A stretch of 64,000 bases of DNA. Source: Gemmatimonadota bacterium (GTDB lineage: Bacteria > Gemmatimonadota > Gemmatimonadetes > Gemmatimonadales > GWC2-71-9). The position numbers and the translations under genes were made by a program. Below are positions 1-8,269 of the stretch, piece after piece. The notes beneath the pieces were generated by a model, which saw only the letters and a list, made by a program, of their open reading frames with translations, had not been told where the DNA came from and ran no database searches. The stretch is from NCBI GenBank assembly GCA_016713785.1, contig JADJOM010000001.1:841816-905815 (forward strand), read 5' to 3'. The first letter of the stretch is position 1. Every line of letters starts with the position of its first letter.

Positions 1-9
1 TCGCGCGAC

Positions 10-429
10 GTGCAGCGGACCGCCCTCGGTGCCGCGGTGATCGTCGCGGCGCTGTCCTACCCGGTCTTCCTCACGGGGGAGCCGGCGGAGGAACAGGTCG
101 AGGATGCCGCGTGGATGCAGGAGCGCATGGTGCATGAGCACGAGGAGCGAGCGGAGGCGGCGCTGATCGCCATCATGATCACGGGCGCCGTGGCGCTGGT
201 GACGCTGTGGCAGAGCCGCGGTGACCGCCCGGTAACCATCGGCCTCACCGGCCTCACCGCCGCCGGGCTCCTGGCCAGCGCCGGGCTCTTCGGCTGGGCG
301 GCGCTCGCCGGCGGCGTGATCCGGCACGACGAGATCCGGGCCGGCACGGCACTGGCCCCGCCGGCCGCCGAGCAACCAGCCGACGGCCCGGGGGCGGGTG
401 GAGGCGACGACGATGGCGACGACGACTGA
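10..429 (+). CDS. hypothetical membrane protein with acidic Gly/Asp tail (5' end possibly cut by window edge)
   Basis: ORF 10..429 (GTG at 10; the frame stays open to nt 1). Hydrophobic helices ALGAAVIVAALSYPVF, ALIAIMITGAVALVTLW, LTAAGLLASAGLFGWAALAGG. G/C-rich third codon positions. No family recognised. Confidence 0.45.
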   Translation: MQRTALGAAVIVAALSYPVFLTGEPAEEQVEDAAWMQERMVHEHEERAEAALIAIMITGAVALVTLWQSRGDRPVTIGLTGLTAAGLLASAGLFGWAALAGGVIRHDEIRAGTALAPPAAEQPADGPGAGGGDDDGDDD

Positions 430-442
430 GGACGTCACGCAT

Positions 443-1132
443 ATGCGCGTACTCCTCGTGGAAGACGAGCCCCGCCTGGCGGAAAGCCTCGCCCGCGGCC
501 TCCGTGATGCCGCCCACGCCGTCGACACCGCGGACACGCTCGCGGCCGCCCGGGTCAAGCTGGAGCTGGAGCGCTACGACGCGGTGATCCTGGACGTGAA
601 CCTGCCGGACGGCTCCGGCTTCGGGCTGGCGGCGGAGCTGCGCAAGCGCGCGATCCCGGTTCCGATCCTGATGCTGACGGCCCGTGACACGGTGGAGGAC
701 CGGGTCCATGGCCTGGACAGCGGCGCGGACGACTACCTGGTGAAGCCGTTCGCCTTCGAGGAGCTGGTGGCGCGGCTGCGGGCGCTGCAGCGCCGCGCGC
801 CGGAAACCCGGCCCGCCCAGATCGTCGTCGCCGACCTGGTGGTGGATCCGGCGGCCCGCGCCGTGACGCGCGCTGGCCGCCCGGTGGAGCTGACCACGAC
901 GGAATACGCGCTCCTCGAGTATCTTGCCCGGCAGGCCGGACAGGTCTGCGGCCGGGCCCAGATCAGCGGCGCCGTCTGGGACGAGAACTACGACCCCTTC
1001 TCCAACATCATCGACGTCTACGTGTCCCGCATTCGACGCAAGATCGACCAGCCCGGCCTCACGCCGCTGATCCACACGGTCCGTGGCGCGGGCTATTCCC
1101 TCGATCCCACCCGGGGCGGCCGCACCGGGTGA
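443..1132 (+). CDS. OmpR-family two-component response regulator
   Basis: Start chosen at ATG 443 (MRVLLVEDEP), inside ORF 398..1132. Receiver motifs DEP, acceptor Asp in ILDVNLPDGSG, LTARD, KPF. C-terminal winged helix (LTTTEYALLEYL, VYVSRIRRKI, IHTVRGAGYSL). Confidence 0.9.
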   Translation: MRVLLVEDEPRLAESLARGLRDAAHAVDTADTLAAARVKLELERYDAVILDVNLPDGSGFGLAAELRKRAIPVPILMLTARDTVEDRVHGLDSGADDYLVKPFAFEELVARLRALQRRAPETRPAQIVVADLVVDPAARAVTRAGRPVELTTTEYALLEYLARQAGQVCGRAQISGAVWDENYDPFSNIIDVYVSRIRRKIDQPGLTPLIHTVRGAGYSLDPTRGGRTG

Positions 1133-2535
1133 ATCCGCTCGGGCTCCGGACCCGCCTCGCGCTGGTCTTTGCCACGGGCTTCGCGGTCCTCCTGGGCCTC
1201 GGAGCCCTCGGGCTGTACCTCCATCTGGGTCGCAGCTACCGTCGGGATTTCGACCACAGCCTGACCGATGCCGCGCGCAGCGTCCGCTCCCTCTTCGCGA
1301 TGGACAGCGCCGAGTTCACCAACCCCGCGGGCACCGCCGGGCATGTGGTGGGTGAACTGGCCTATGGTGACCGGACGCTGGTGGCGTTCGACAGCGCGGG
1401 CGGGCTGGTGGCGGTGAGCCAGCGCATCCCCGACGAGGCGCACTTCGACGACGTGCCGCCCCGCGGCGAACCGCGCCGGCTGATGACCCTGCAGCTGCGC
1501 GACGGTCCGGCCCGCGTGGTCCGGGTGCCGCTGGCGGGCACGGAGGTGGTCATCGCGATGAGCACCCTGCCGCTGGAGCGCCGACTGGTGCGCCTGCGAC
1601 GCTCGCTCGTGACGGTGCTGCCGCTGATCCTGGTCCTGGGCGCACTCGGCGGCGCCTGGGCATCGGGACTGGTCCTGCGGCCCATCGTGCGGGTGGCGGA
1701 GTCGGCCGAGCGGATCGCGGGCGAGGTGGAGCACGGGGCGGCGCGGTTCACCCGGCTGGCGCCCCACGCGGCCGGGGATGAGATCACCACCCTGACCGAC
1801 GCGCTCAACCTGCTGGTGGAGCGACTCGGGGCCGCGCTGGAGCGGGAGCGCGGCGTCGCGGAGCGGCAGCGGACGTTCCTCGCCGACGTGGCCCACGAGC
1901 TGCGCACGCCGGTGGCGATCATCCGCAGCGACGCCGAGGTCACGCTGCGCGCGGCGGCCGACCCGGCGGGCGACCGCGAGGCCCTGGCGCGCATCGCGAC
2001 CGAGGCGGATGAGCTCGGCGTCCTGGTCGGCGACCTGCTGCTCATCGCCCGGGGCGACAGCCAGGCCCTGCACCCGGCCCGGGACCGGCTCTACCTCGAC
2101 GACCTGGTGAATCCCGTGCTCGCCCGGGCGCGCGCGCTGCCCACCGCGGCCGGGCGCGAGCTGCGCCACGGCGAGTTCGAGGCGGCCCCGGTGCTGGGCG
2201 ACCGCAGCATGCTGGAGCGGGCGCTGATGGCCCTGGTGCACAACGCCCTCCTGCATGCCCCCGGCTCCCCCGTGGAGCTGTCGGCCGGGACCAGCGGGGA
2301 GGACGGGCAGCGCACCTCGTGGGTGACGGTGCGGGACTTCGGGCCCGGGGTGCCGCTCGAGCAGCGCGAGCGGATCTTCGAGCGCTTCACCCGCGGCAGT
2401 ACCGCCGCACCCGGCACCGGCCTCGGACTCGCCATCGCCCAATCGATCGCGGAGGCCCATGGCGGCAGCCTCCGCCTGGACCCGGTGCAGCCCGGCGCCG
2501 CCTTTACCCTCCGACTCCCCGCCCCGCCCGCCTGA
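1129..2535 (+). CDS. sensor histidine kinase (TM-periplasmic-TM, HAMP, HisKA, HATPase_c)
   Basis: GTG 1129 overlaps the regulator's TGA (GTGA). Two TM helices (LALVFATGFAVLLGLGALGLYL; LVTVLPLILVLGALGGAWASGLVL). H-box FLADVAHELRTPVAII. N/G boxes LVHNALLHAP, VRDFGPGVP, GTGLGLAIAQSIA. Confidence 0.9.
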   Translation: MNPLGLRTRLALVFATGFAVLLGLGALGLYLHLGRSYRRDFDHSLTDAARSVRSLFAMDSAEFTNPAGTAGHVVGELAYGDRTLVAFDSAGGLVAVSQRIPDEAHFDDVPPRGEPRRLMTLQLRDGPARVVRVPLAGTEVVIAMSTLPLERRLVRLRRSLVTVLPLILVLGALGGAWASGLVLRPIVRVAESAERIAGEVEHGAARFTRLAPHAAGDEITTLTDALNLLVERLGAALERERGVAERQRTFLADVAHELRTPVAIIRSDAEVTLRAAADPAGDREALARIATEADELGVLVGDLLLIARGDSQALHPARDRLYLDDLVNPVLARARALPTAAGRELRHGEFEAAPVLGDRSMLERALMALVHNALLHAPGSPVELSAGTSGEDGQRTSWVTVRDFGPGVPLEQRERIFERFTRGSTAAPGTGLGLAIAQSIAEAHGGSLRLDPVQPGAAFTLRLPAPPA

Positions 2536-2539
2536 CCCC

Positions 2540-3277
2540 TCAGAGCATCAGGTGCGCCAGCTGCACCCCGGCCGGCGCCCCGCCGCTGGAGCCCGCCGGC
2601 TCCATGGTGAGCGCGGCCCCCATCACGTGCCGGGCATTGGGCGGCATCGGCAGGGTCAGGAAGGCGGGCGTCCGGCCGTCCGAGGGCACGGTGACGCTCC
2701 GGACCATCCCCGACTCGGTGATGAACCAGAACTGGCAGGTCTCGCCGGCGGGCGGCACCGGGAGCCCGTAGACCACGACGTTCCACCGATGGGTCCGCTC
2801 GTCCGCGAAGATCAGCAGCCCGCCCTGCCGGCCGTCCATCGCGATGCTCGCGTGGCGCACCATCGCGGCACCCCGGATGATGCCCAGCGTGTCGCGCACC
2901 ATCGCCAGCTCCTCCGCCAGGCGGGCCCGTTCGCCGGCCAGCTGGGTCTCGAAGGCACGGGTGGTCGCGAGCGCCCAGAACCAGGCACCCGCAGCCAGCA
3001 CCAGCGAGGCGGCGAGCGCCGCGGGCACCCACCACCGGGGCGCCCCCCGCCGTGCCCCGAGCGCGCCGGCCACCAGCCGCTGGTTGAGCCCGGGCCGCGG
3101 GGCCGCGGGCGGGAGCCCCATCGGCAGCCAGGCCAGGTCCCCTTCCAGCTGCTCCACCGCCTCGCGGCACTCGGCGCAGCCGGCCAGGTGCTCGTGGTAG
3201 GCGCGTTCCTCGTCGGGCGCGAGGGCCCGGGCCACGAACGCGGCGCGCTGCTCGACAAACCATGCATGCGGGTTCAT
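2540..3277 (-). CDS. anti-sigma factor, zf-HC2 N-terminus plus RskA-like periplasmic domain
   Basis: Start set at ATG 3277 (MNPHAWF), which overlaps the sigma gene's TGA (ATGA). The longer track ORF (to 3682) is the sigma gene read out of frame. HLAGCAECREAVEQL zinc-finger motif, one TM (WWVPAALAASLVLAAGAWFWAL), C-terminal RskA-like region. Confidence 0.85.
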   Translation of the reverse strand: MNPHAWFVEQRAAFVARALAPDEERAYHEHLAGCAECREAVEQLEGDLAWLPMGLPPAAPRPGLNQRLVAGALGARRGAPRWWVPAALAASLVLAAGAWFWALATTRAFETQLAGERARLAEELAMVRDTLGIIRGAAMVRHASIAMDGRQGGLLIFADERTHRWNVVVYGLPVPPAGETCQFWFITESGMVRSVTVPSDGRTPAFLTLPMPPNARHVMGAALTMEPAGSSGGAPAGVQLAHLML

Positions 3278-3921
3278 ACGACCCAATCCCTGATCGAGGC
3301 CAGCCCGGCGCGCAGCTTGTCGAAGGCAAGCCGCAGCCGGGTCTTCACGGTACCGAGCGGAACGCCGAGGCGTCCCGCGATCTCCGAATGGGTGAGCCCT
3401 TCGAAGTAGGCCAGCTGGACCGCCTCGCGCTGCTCCGGCGGCAGGGCCGCCAGCGCGTGGTGGACGGCGGTGTGCACGTGCCAGCCCGGGGCCGCGGATT
3501 CGTCCGGCTCCGTCGCGGCCACGCTCCCCGTACCCAGGGCGCCGTGCGCCTCCAGCCGCCGGACCTTCTCCACCTGGCGTCGTCGCGCGCGCAAGCGATC
3601 GACGGCGCGATTGCGCGTGATGCGCAGCAGCCACGGCACCAGCCGCCCGCTCGCGGCATCGAACAGGTCGATCCGGCGCCACGCGATGGTGAACGTCTCC
3701 TGCACGACCTCCTCCGCCTCGTCCCGGTCGGTGAGCATCGCCTCGGATACGGCCAGCAACCAGGGCGTGACCAGATCGACCAGCTCCACCAGGGCCCGTT
3801 CGTCACGGGCCCGGAGGCCGGCGAGCAGGCCACGCTCCCGCTCCGCGGCCAGCAGGCGCGGACCGGAAGACTCATCCCGTGGGGACGACCGTCGGAAATC
3901 GGGCACGGCCAAGAATGGCAC
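3274..3921 (-). CDS. ECF (sigma-70 family) RNA polymerase sigma factor
   Basis: Region 2 (EAEEVVQETFTIAWRRIDLFD, LVPWLLRITRNRAVDRLR). Region 4 (LPPEQREAVQLAYFEGLTHSEIAGRLGVPLGTVKTRLRLA). GTG start at 3921. Translationally coupled to the anti-sigma gene. Confidence 0.9.
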   Translation of the reverse strand: MPFLAVPDFRRSSPRDESSGPRLLAAERERGLLAGLRARDERALVELVDLVTPWLLAVSEAMLTDRDEAEEVVQETFTIAWRRIDLFDAASGRLVPWLLRITRNRAVDRLRARRRQVEKVRRLEAHGALGTGSVAATEPDESAAPGWHVHTAVHHALAALPPEQREAVQLAYFEGLTHSEIAGRLGVPLGTVKTRLRLAFDKLRAGLASIRDWVV

Positions 3922-3972
3922 CCCGGCCGTCCCGGGCGCCAGAGCCGGAACGCAACGCGCCCCGCTGCAGGC

Positions 3973-3996
3973 GGGACGATCCCGGGGGATCGTCCC
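3973..3996 (-). terminator. perfect GC-rich inverted repeat (GGGACGATCCC-gg-GGGATCGTCCC) downstream of the TonB-receptor/lipoprotein genes
   Basis: Read directly: 11-nt arms at 3973-3983 and 3986-3996, between the lipoprotein stop (4040) and the sigma start (3921). No U-tract. Could instead be a protein-binding palindrome. Confidence 0.35.
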
Positions 3997-4039
3997 TGTC
4001 CCTGCAACGAGGCGCGCGGGCGGCCGGATCTCCCGGCGG

Positions 4040-4465
4040 CTACTGGATCAGGAACGCCAGCGAGAAGGTGTGCTCATCGGCCAGCGCGTCATGCCCGTAT
4101 CCGATGGCGACGGTGCCCGTGTCGCCGGCGGTGGCGGTGACCGCGACCCCATGCCGGAAGTGGTGCGCGGCATCCATCGTGGCGGTGAGTCCCGCCGCGG
4201 GGGTGAAGGTGAGCAGGCTGAAGTGCTCGTCCTCCGCCACGTCGAGGTTCTCGTCGGACTGGTTGTAGAACGTCACCCGGACGCTGTCAGTGCCGCCGGT
4301 GGTCAGGCGGAGCGTGTCATCGGTGACGAGGGTCCCATTCACGGCGACCTCGAACCGGACCGGGGTGTGGTCCTCGGCGGCCGGCTCGTTGCTGTCGCTG
4401 CACGCCGCAAGGACGGCGCCGACGGCGAGGAGGGCTAGGCGGGGAAGGCGGTGGGGCATCGACAT
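4040..4465 (-). CDS. hypothetical lipoprotein (His-containing, beta-rich)
   Basis: Lipobox LAVGAVLAAC-S. Located 19 nt downstream of the TonB-dependent receptor on the same strand. No family recognised. Confidence 0.6.
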   Translation of the reverse strand: MSMPHRLPRLALLAVGAVLAACSDSNEPAAEDHTPVRFEVAVNGTLVTDDTLRLTTGGTDSVRVTFYNQSDENLDVAEDEHFSLLTFTPAAGLTATMDAAHHFRHGVAVTATAGDTGTVAIGYGHDALADEHTFSLAFLIQ

Positions 4466-4483
4466 GTCGGGATTCTCCAGTGA

Positions 4484-6541
4484 TCAGGATCCAGCGAGGG
4501 GAAGGCGCAGCGCGGCCCGGAGGGTCCGCGGCGCGCCGGGGTTGATGAAGCCGGACGCGCGGATCTCCGGGTACCGCGCGTTGAACAGGTTCTGCAGGTC
4601 GAGGTCGAGCGTGCCGAGGCGGCGCAGCCGGAGCGACGCGCCGATGTCGGAGATGGCATACGGGCGGGTCCGTACCCCCGGCTCGCCGATCGGGGTGAAG
4701 GGCCCGGTCCACCGGAGCTGCGCCCGGCCCTCGACGGTCGCGGTGGCCTGCAGGGTGAGCTCCGCGCGGCCGTGGTAGCGGGCGACGCCCGGCACCCTGG
4801 CGCCCGGGGTGAGCGGGACGTCATGGAAGCTGGGGCGCGGCGGCGCCACCAGGCTCCCGGGGGTGACCAGCGTCCTGGCGGATTCGCCGGTCGCGCCGGT
4901 GATCCTGGCATCGTTGAACGTGCCCTCCACCGCCAGCCGGACCCGCGGGGTGATGGCCACGCCGATGGCTCCCGAGATCCCGCGACGCCGGCTGGTCCCG
5001 GCGTCGGAGAGCTGCAGGGAGACGGGATCGAGGATGCGCTCATTCCGCGCGTTGGTCTGGAACAGGGAGAGCTGCCCGGAGACGCGCTCGGCGGTCACCT
5101 GGAGCCCGAGCTCACCGGACCAGGCCGTGACCAGCGGCTGCTTGGGATCGGAGATCGTGCCGATGGCGCTGCGGAACCCGCGGCTGGCGGTGGCCACGGC
5201 GCTCCACGGCCCGCCGAGCAGCAGCCGGGCCCCCACCTTGGGGGAGACGGCTCCCTGCGTCCGGGAGTGGAACGGATCACCGGGAATCGCCTGGTCGCGG
5301 ACGCGCACGTGCAGCAGGTCGGCGCGCAGGCCCAGGTCGTACTGCAGCCGGCCGAACACGAATCCGCGCCACCGGGCATAGGCCCCGCCCTGCCGGAACC
5401 CGCCGTCGTTGAGCTGGCGGGTCTCGACCCGGTCCCGCCGCACGGTCCCGTAGAGCTGGTAGTCGTCCCAATCCGCGCGGCCGTCGAGGCCCAGCGCCAG
5501 GTCGCCCGCGCCCGCCGGGGCCCGCCAGCTGCCGGCGAAGCCCACCGCAGCGCGGCGGTCCCGTTCCTCCTGCTGCGCCACCACGCCATCCTCGGCGATG
5601 GACAGGAACACCGTGGACCGGACGCCCTGGGCCCAGCCCTGGAGGTCGAGCTGGGTGCCGTTGGCGAGCGGGTGGAGCAGGGTGCCCTGCAGCACCACCC
5701 GCCCGCCGGACCCGCCGTCGGTGCGGTCGGCGGCGCGGGTCAGGCGATGCGCGTTGTAGTCTGCCACCGACAGGAAACCGGGTGAGTCCCACCCCGCCCC
5801 GTAGGCGGCCAGGCCGCCCTCGAGCCGGGTGCGGCTCCCGAGCCGCCGCCAGCCGCGCAGCAGGACATTGCCGAGCCAGCTGGCGCTGTTGTCCCGCCAG
5901 CCCCCTTCCCGTCGGGCATCCACCGCCACCAGGCTCCCGCCGCTGGCCCCCCGCCGCCCGGTGCGGAACCACCCCGCGGCCTCCCCGGCGCTGGACCCGC
6001 CGATCGACGCCGCGCTGCCGGTGGCGTCGACCATCGTGTGCACCTCCACGGCTCCCGCAAAGGCGAAGTTCCCGTAGAGCGGACTCGCGCTGCCATGGAT
6101 CACCCGGAGCCCGCCCACCGCCGCCGCCGAGAGGATGCTCCAGTCGGCGTAGCCTTCGACGTGTCCGTGCAGCGGCAGGTTCATGGGGACCCCGTCGAGG
6201 ACGAGCAGCACGTCCGAGGAGTGGTCGGAGGTGAAGCCGCGTATCACCACGTCCGACGCCCAGCCCGGCCCCTGTCCCTGCTCGTGCACCTCGAGGCCGG
6301 CGGCGCGCCGCACCAGGTCATAGGCATTGGCCGCCTGTTGCTTCTGCACCACCGCGCCGGGCACCGACACCACCAGCTCGGGGGGCGGCACGGCACGGAT
6401 CCGCTCCGTGGTCACCTCGAGCGTCTCGAGGACCACGGGCACGGTGTCCCGCGCCTGCCCGGCGAGCGGGGTGGCGGCGAGGACGAGGACGAGCAGCGCC
6501 CCGGCCCGGAGGACCGGCGCGCCAGGCACCAGCGGGGCCAT
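4484..6541 (-). CDS. TonB-dependent outer-membrane receptor
   Basis: Signal peptide. Plug-domain motifs (LETLEVTTER, DLVRRAAGLEV, VVIRGF, VLLVLDGVPMN, PLYGNFAFAGAVEVHT). Long Gly/aromatic-rich beta-barrel region. 685 aa. Confidence 0.9.
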   Translation of the reverse strand: MAPLVPGAPVLRAGALLVLVLAATPLAGQARDTVPVVLETLEVTTERIRAVPPPELVVSVPGAVVQKQQAANAYDLVRRAAGLEVHEQGQGPGWASDVVIRGFTSDHSSDVLLVLDGVPMNLPLHGHVEGYADWSILSAAAVGGLRVIHGSASPLYGNFAFAGAVEVHTMVDATGSAASIGGSSAGEAAGWFRTGRRGASGGSLVAVDARREGGWRDNSASWLGNVLLRGWRRLGSRTRLEGGLAAYGAGWDSPGFLSVADYNAHRLTRAADRTDGGSGGRVVLQGTLLHPLANGTQLDLQGWAQGVRSTVFLSIAEDGVVAQQEERDRRAAVGFAGSWRAPAGAGDLALGLDGRADWDDYQLYGTVRRDRVETRQLNDGGFRQGGAYARWRGFVFGRLQYDLGLRADLLHVRVRDQAIPGDPFHSRTQGAVSPKVGARLLLGGPWSAVATASRGFRSAIGTISDPKQPLVTAWSGELGLQVTAERVSGQLSLFQTNARNERILDPVSLQLSDAGTSRRRGISGAIGVAITPRVRLAVEGTFNDARITGATGESARTLVTPGSLVAPPRPSFHDVPLTPGARVPGVARYHGRAELTLQATATVEGRAQLRWTGPFTPIGEPGVRTRPYAISDIGASLRLRRLGTLDLDLQNLFNARYPEIRASGFINPGAPRTLRAALRLPLAGS

Positions 6542-6622
6542 GGCAAGCCTTGCGAATGTCAGGCGAGTGTCACGTTGCGCGCCGCGCCAGGATGGCGCGC
6601 GCGCACACGGACGGGAACGGGA

Positions 6623-6988
6623 TCAGGCGGGGGAGGGAGGGCCGACGGAGAAGGGAAGGAGCCGGGGCGCCACACGCGGCGGCGCGGCGAGGCGGGGGGC
6701 ATACGCGGCGGCACGGGCGGGGATGATCGTCGTGAGCTGGACGGCCCGCGACGGCGCGCCGGCGAGGGCGGCACCATGGCACGCGCCGAGGCAGGTGCAG
6801 GGTCCCGGATGGTCGTTGGGCTGGGCCGGCGCGGGGCCATGGTGCGCGCCGTGGAGGCCGCTGGGCGCCGCGTGGTCGTGGGCCGGACAATTGTGCGCCC
6901 CACTGCCGTCGCTCAGCTGGAGCGCGAGCAGCAGCAGCACCTGCCAGCAGGCGAGGGCTCCGCGGAGGGGGCGCAGGGCAACCGTCAT
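6623..6988 (-). CDS. small secreted His/Cys-rich protein, DUF2946-like (putative periplasmic metal-binding)
   Basis: ATG at 6988 (MTVALRPLRGALACWQVLLLLALQL signal-like), inside the longer track ORF 6623..7465. HNCPAHDH, HGAHHG, CTCLGACHG, and a Pro/Ala-rich C-terminus ending GPPSPA as in DUF2946 proteins (from memory). Located 81 nt upstream of the receptor. Confidence 0.55.
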   Translation of the reverse strand: MTVALRPLRGALACWQVLLLLALQLSDGSGAHNCPAHDHAAPSGLHGAHHGPAPAQPNDHPGPCTCLGACHGAALAGAPSRAVQLTTIIPARAAAYAPRLAAPPRVAPRLLPFSVGPPSPA

Positions 6989-7034
6989 GGCGCCAACGAT
7001 AGGGACGGTCCGGCTTGCGCGCAAATGACCGGGG

Positions 7035-8216
7035 TCACCGCTGGACATCCCGGGCGTCGCGGCCCCCGCGCCCCTGCAGGCGCGCGGCCGCCTCGACGAG
7101 CAGGTCATCCGTCTTGCAGAAGACGAACCGGACCAGGCGCTGGCCGAGTTCCGGTCGGCTGAAGAAGGACGACCCCGGCACCGGGGCCACCCCGCGCTCC
7201 CGCGCCAGCCACTCGGCGAAGGCCGTGTCCGGAAGATCCGACAGCCCGGAGAAGTCGGCCAGGATGTAGTAGGCGCCCTCCGGCAGGGTGCACCGGAAGC
7301 CGGCCCGTGCCAGCGCGTCGCCCAGCAGGTCGCGGCGGCGGAGGTACCCGGCGGCCATGCCGTCGTAGTAGTCCGCGCCCAGCTGGTCGAGGGCGGTGGC
7401 GAAGGCCTCCTGCAGCGGCGCCGGGGCGCCGACGGTGAGGAAGTCGTGCACCTTGCGGATGGCATCGGTGGCGCCGGCCGGGGCCACGATCGTGCCCAGG
7501 CGCCAGCCGGTGATGCTGAAGGTCTTGCTCGCGCCGCTGATCGTCACCGTCCGCTCGCGCATGCCCGGGAGCGTGGCGATCGGGACGTGAGGCGCGCCGT
7601 AGCGGATGTGCTCGTAGATCTCGTCGGTGATGGCCCAGGCGTCGTGTCGCTGGCACAGCACCGCGATCCCCTCGAGCTCCTCGCGGGTGAGCACCCGGCC
7701 GCTCGGGTTGGCCGGTGTGTTGACGATGATTGCCCGGGTGCGCGGGCCGAACGCCCGGGCCAGGCGGTCGAGGTCGAGTGGCGCCCCGGGCAGGAGCGGC
7801 ACGAACACCGGCGCGGCGTCGCAGAGGATGGTGTCGGGCCCGTAGTTCTCGTAGAACGGCTCGAAGACGATCACCTCGTCGCCCGGGTCGATCAGCGCCA
7901 TCAGCGTGGCGATCATCGCCTCGGTGGCGCCGCAGGTCACGGTCACCTCGGCGTCGGGATCCACGGCCATCCCGTACCAGGCGTGGTACTTCCGCGCCAC
8001 CGCCTCGCGGAGCCGCCGGGCGCCCCAGGTGATGGCGTACTGGTTGATATTGTCGTGGATGGCCCGCGCCGCGGCCTCCTTGAGGAGGTCGGGCGCGGGG
8101 AAGTTGGGGAAGCCCTGCGCCAGGTTGATCGCGCCGTGCTGGGCGGCCAGGCGCGACATCCCGCGAATCACCGACTCACGGAAGGCGTGGGTCCGTCGGG
8201 CGGGGGGAGGGGTCAT
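7035..8216 (-). CDS. PLP-dependent aminotransferase, class I/II (MtnE / kynurenine-aminotransferase-like)
   Basis: INLAQGFPNFPAP, NQYAITWG, PLP-lysine motif SGASKTFSITGWRLG. 393 aa. Confidence 0.9.
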   Translation of the reverse strand: MTPPPARRTHAFRESVIRGMSRLAAQHGAINLAQGFPNFPAPDLLKEAAARAIHDNINQYAITWGARRLREAVARKYHAWYGMAVDPDAEVTVTCGATEAMIATLMALIDPGDEVIVFEPFYENYGPDTILCDAAPVFVPLLPGAPLDLDRLARAFGPRTRAIIVNTPANPSGRVLTREELEGIAVLCQRHDAWAITDEIYEHIRYGAPHVPIATLPGMRERTVTISGASKTFSITGWRLGTIVAPAGATDAIRKVHDFLTVGAPAPLQEAFATALDQLGADYYDGMAAGYLRRRDLLGDALARAGFRCTLPEGAYYILADFSGLSDLPDTAFAEWLARERGVAPVPGSSFFSRPELGQRLVRFVFCKTDDLLVEAAARLQGRGGRDARDVQR

Positions 8217-8269
8217 GCGGGCAATCTAGCGGTGGCCGGGACCCGCTCCCAGCGCCGGGCGCGCCTCCC

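Noticed and set aside
3940-3975. Plus-strand GGAAC...CG motif (gccGGAACgcaacgcgccccgctgcagg) resembling an ECF -35 element
   Set aside because: It is oriented toward plus-strand ORFs that are shadow frames. There is no real plus-strand gene downstream.
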